From positions 4,219 through 28,218 of the forward strand of contig CAKZUF010000014.1 in NCBI GenBank assembly GCA_937921685.1: DNA of 24,000 nt. Direction: 5' to 3'. The stretch is from an uncultured archaeon. GTDB lineage: Archaea > Thermoproteota > Nitrososphaeria_A > Caldarchaeales > Calditenuaceae. The notes under the pieces are model-generated. The model ran no database searches and had not been told where the DNA came from. It worked only from the letters and a program-made list of their open reading frames with translations. How positions within the stretch are numbered: the first letter of the stretch is position 1; every line of letters begins with the position of its first letter. Shown piece by piece: positions 23,464 through 24,000 of the stretch. The position numbers and the translations under genes were made by a program.

Positions 23464-24000
23464 CCGGCTTCACCCCGAGCTTCTCACATACGTGATAGGG
23501 CAGATCAATGGCCCTAAACAATTCCCGGCTCCCAACTATCGAGGACTGATATGAGCTGACCCCCGCAGCGCCCATCAAGAGCTTTATCTCCCTCTGCATG
23601 CCGATGAGAAGGTTTTCAATCCTCTCCGACAACAGGTGGGCGGGCATCTCTGGCTTGTAATCCACCCCGATACGCCACGCCTCTCTTATAATGCAGGCAT
23701 CCGCTCCCAATCCGCCAAGCTTGAATATGTCAGAGCTTGAACGAATCCGATTCGAGGCCGCTATTAGCCCCATAAGGTATCGGGCGGGGAATCCATTGAT
23801 TGTCAACCTCTTTAACATGTGGTCAGCCTCCGAGAGAGAAACTTCAAGCGGTTCAACACCGCCCAAGTCCTCATCGATGATAACCGTCTGAAACCCAGAC
23901 TTTACAATCTCTTGATAGAATAGACTGTTAGCTGTGGAGGGGATCCTAGCAACCAGCTGTGTGCTATGCGCTAGACTTTTCAACACCCTTCTCACCCTCG
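23453..24000 (-). CDS. glutamate synthase FMN-binding (domain 2)-like protein, 3' part (continues beyond the right edge)
   Basis: The frame is open to position 24000. GFPARYLMGLIAASNRIRSSSDIFKLGGLGADACII resembles the GltS/TIM-barrel FMN-domain C-terminal region, but looks divergent. Its position directly upstream of the amidotransferase/GXGXG gene supports the call. Confidence 0.45.
   Translation of the reverse strand, partial: RVRRVLKSLAHSTQLVARIPSTANSLFYQEIVKSGFQTVIIDEDLGGVEPLEVSLSEADHMLKRLTINGFPARYLMGLIAASNRIRSSSDIFKLGGLGADACIIREAWRIGVDYKPEMPAHLLSERIENLLIGMQREIKLLMGAAGVSSYQSSIVGSRELFRAIDLPYHVCEKLGVKPAGE

Noticed and set aside
1-24000. Looked for CRISPR arrays, tandem or dispersed repeats, transposase or integrase genes, toxin-antitoxin pairs and defence-system genes.
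   Set aside because: I could see no regularly spaced repeats and no such gene families. The only notable repeat structures are the 11540-11577 hairpin and the 6-nt GGCCAA duplication flanking the tRNA-Gln D-loop intron.

Overview
Gene-dense archaeal chromosomal segment. Archaeal origin is supported by A/T-rich TATA boxes about 25-30 nt upstream of starts, intron-containing tRNAs, a C/D box sRNA candidate, and archaeal-type aaRS, FtsZ and PAC2 genes. Most content is housekeeping: S2P protease, valS, metG, ftsZ, cofE, sucC, SOD, tyrA, MscS, Lrp, and glutamate-synthase-like genes. I found no rRNA, CRISPR array, transposase or integrase. Points worth a second look: (1) A tightly packed minus-strand operon (1296-5112) joins an F420-dependent glucose-6-phosphate-dehydrogenase-family LLM protein, an ArsC-fold protein, 6-phosphogluconate dehydrogenase and a LarA-fold protein. 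A cyclase-family hydrolase is transcribed divergently and cofE lies nearby. Together these are a candidate F420-linked oxidative pentose-phosphate module, unusual for archaea. (2) A 48-codon ribbon-helix-helix ORF (9293-9439) is absent from the ORF track. Its stop overlaps the likely GTG start of ftsZ, a CdrS-ftsZ-like arrangement. (3) tRNA-Gln(CUG) carries two introns, one of them in the D-loop. tRNA-Lys(CUU) carries one canonical intron. (4) A C/D box sRNA candidate lies between valS and a small metallopeptidase gene. (5) Two genes have conserved N-termini encoded upstream of any ATG/GTG/TTG. In metG this is the HIGN motif region. In the class-II amidotransferase/GXGXG fusion it is CGIFGIL, preceded by a CTG with a strong SD. 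(6) A retropepsin-like aspartic protease gene is decayed by one stop and two frameshifts. The lineage looks like a thermophilic TACK/Korarchaeota-like archaeon, but that is inference only.
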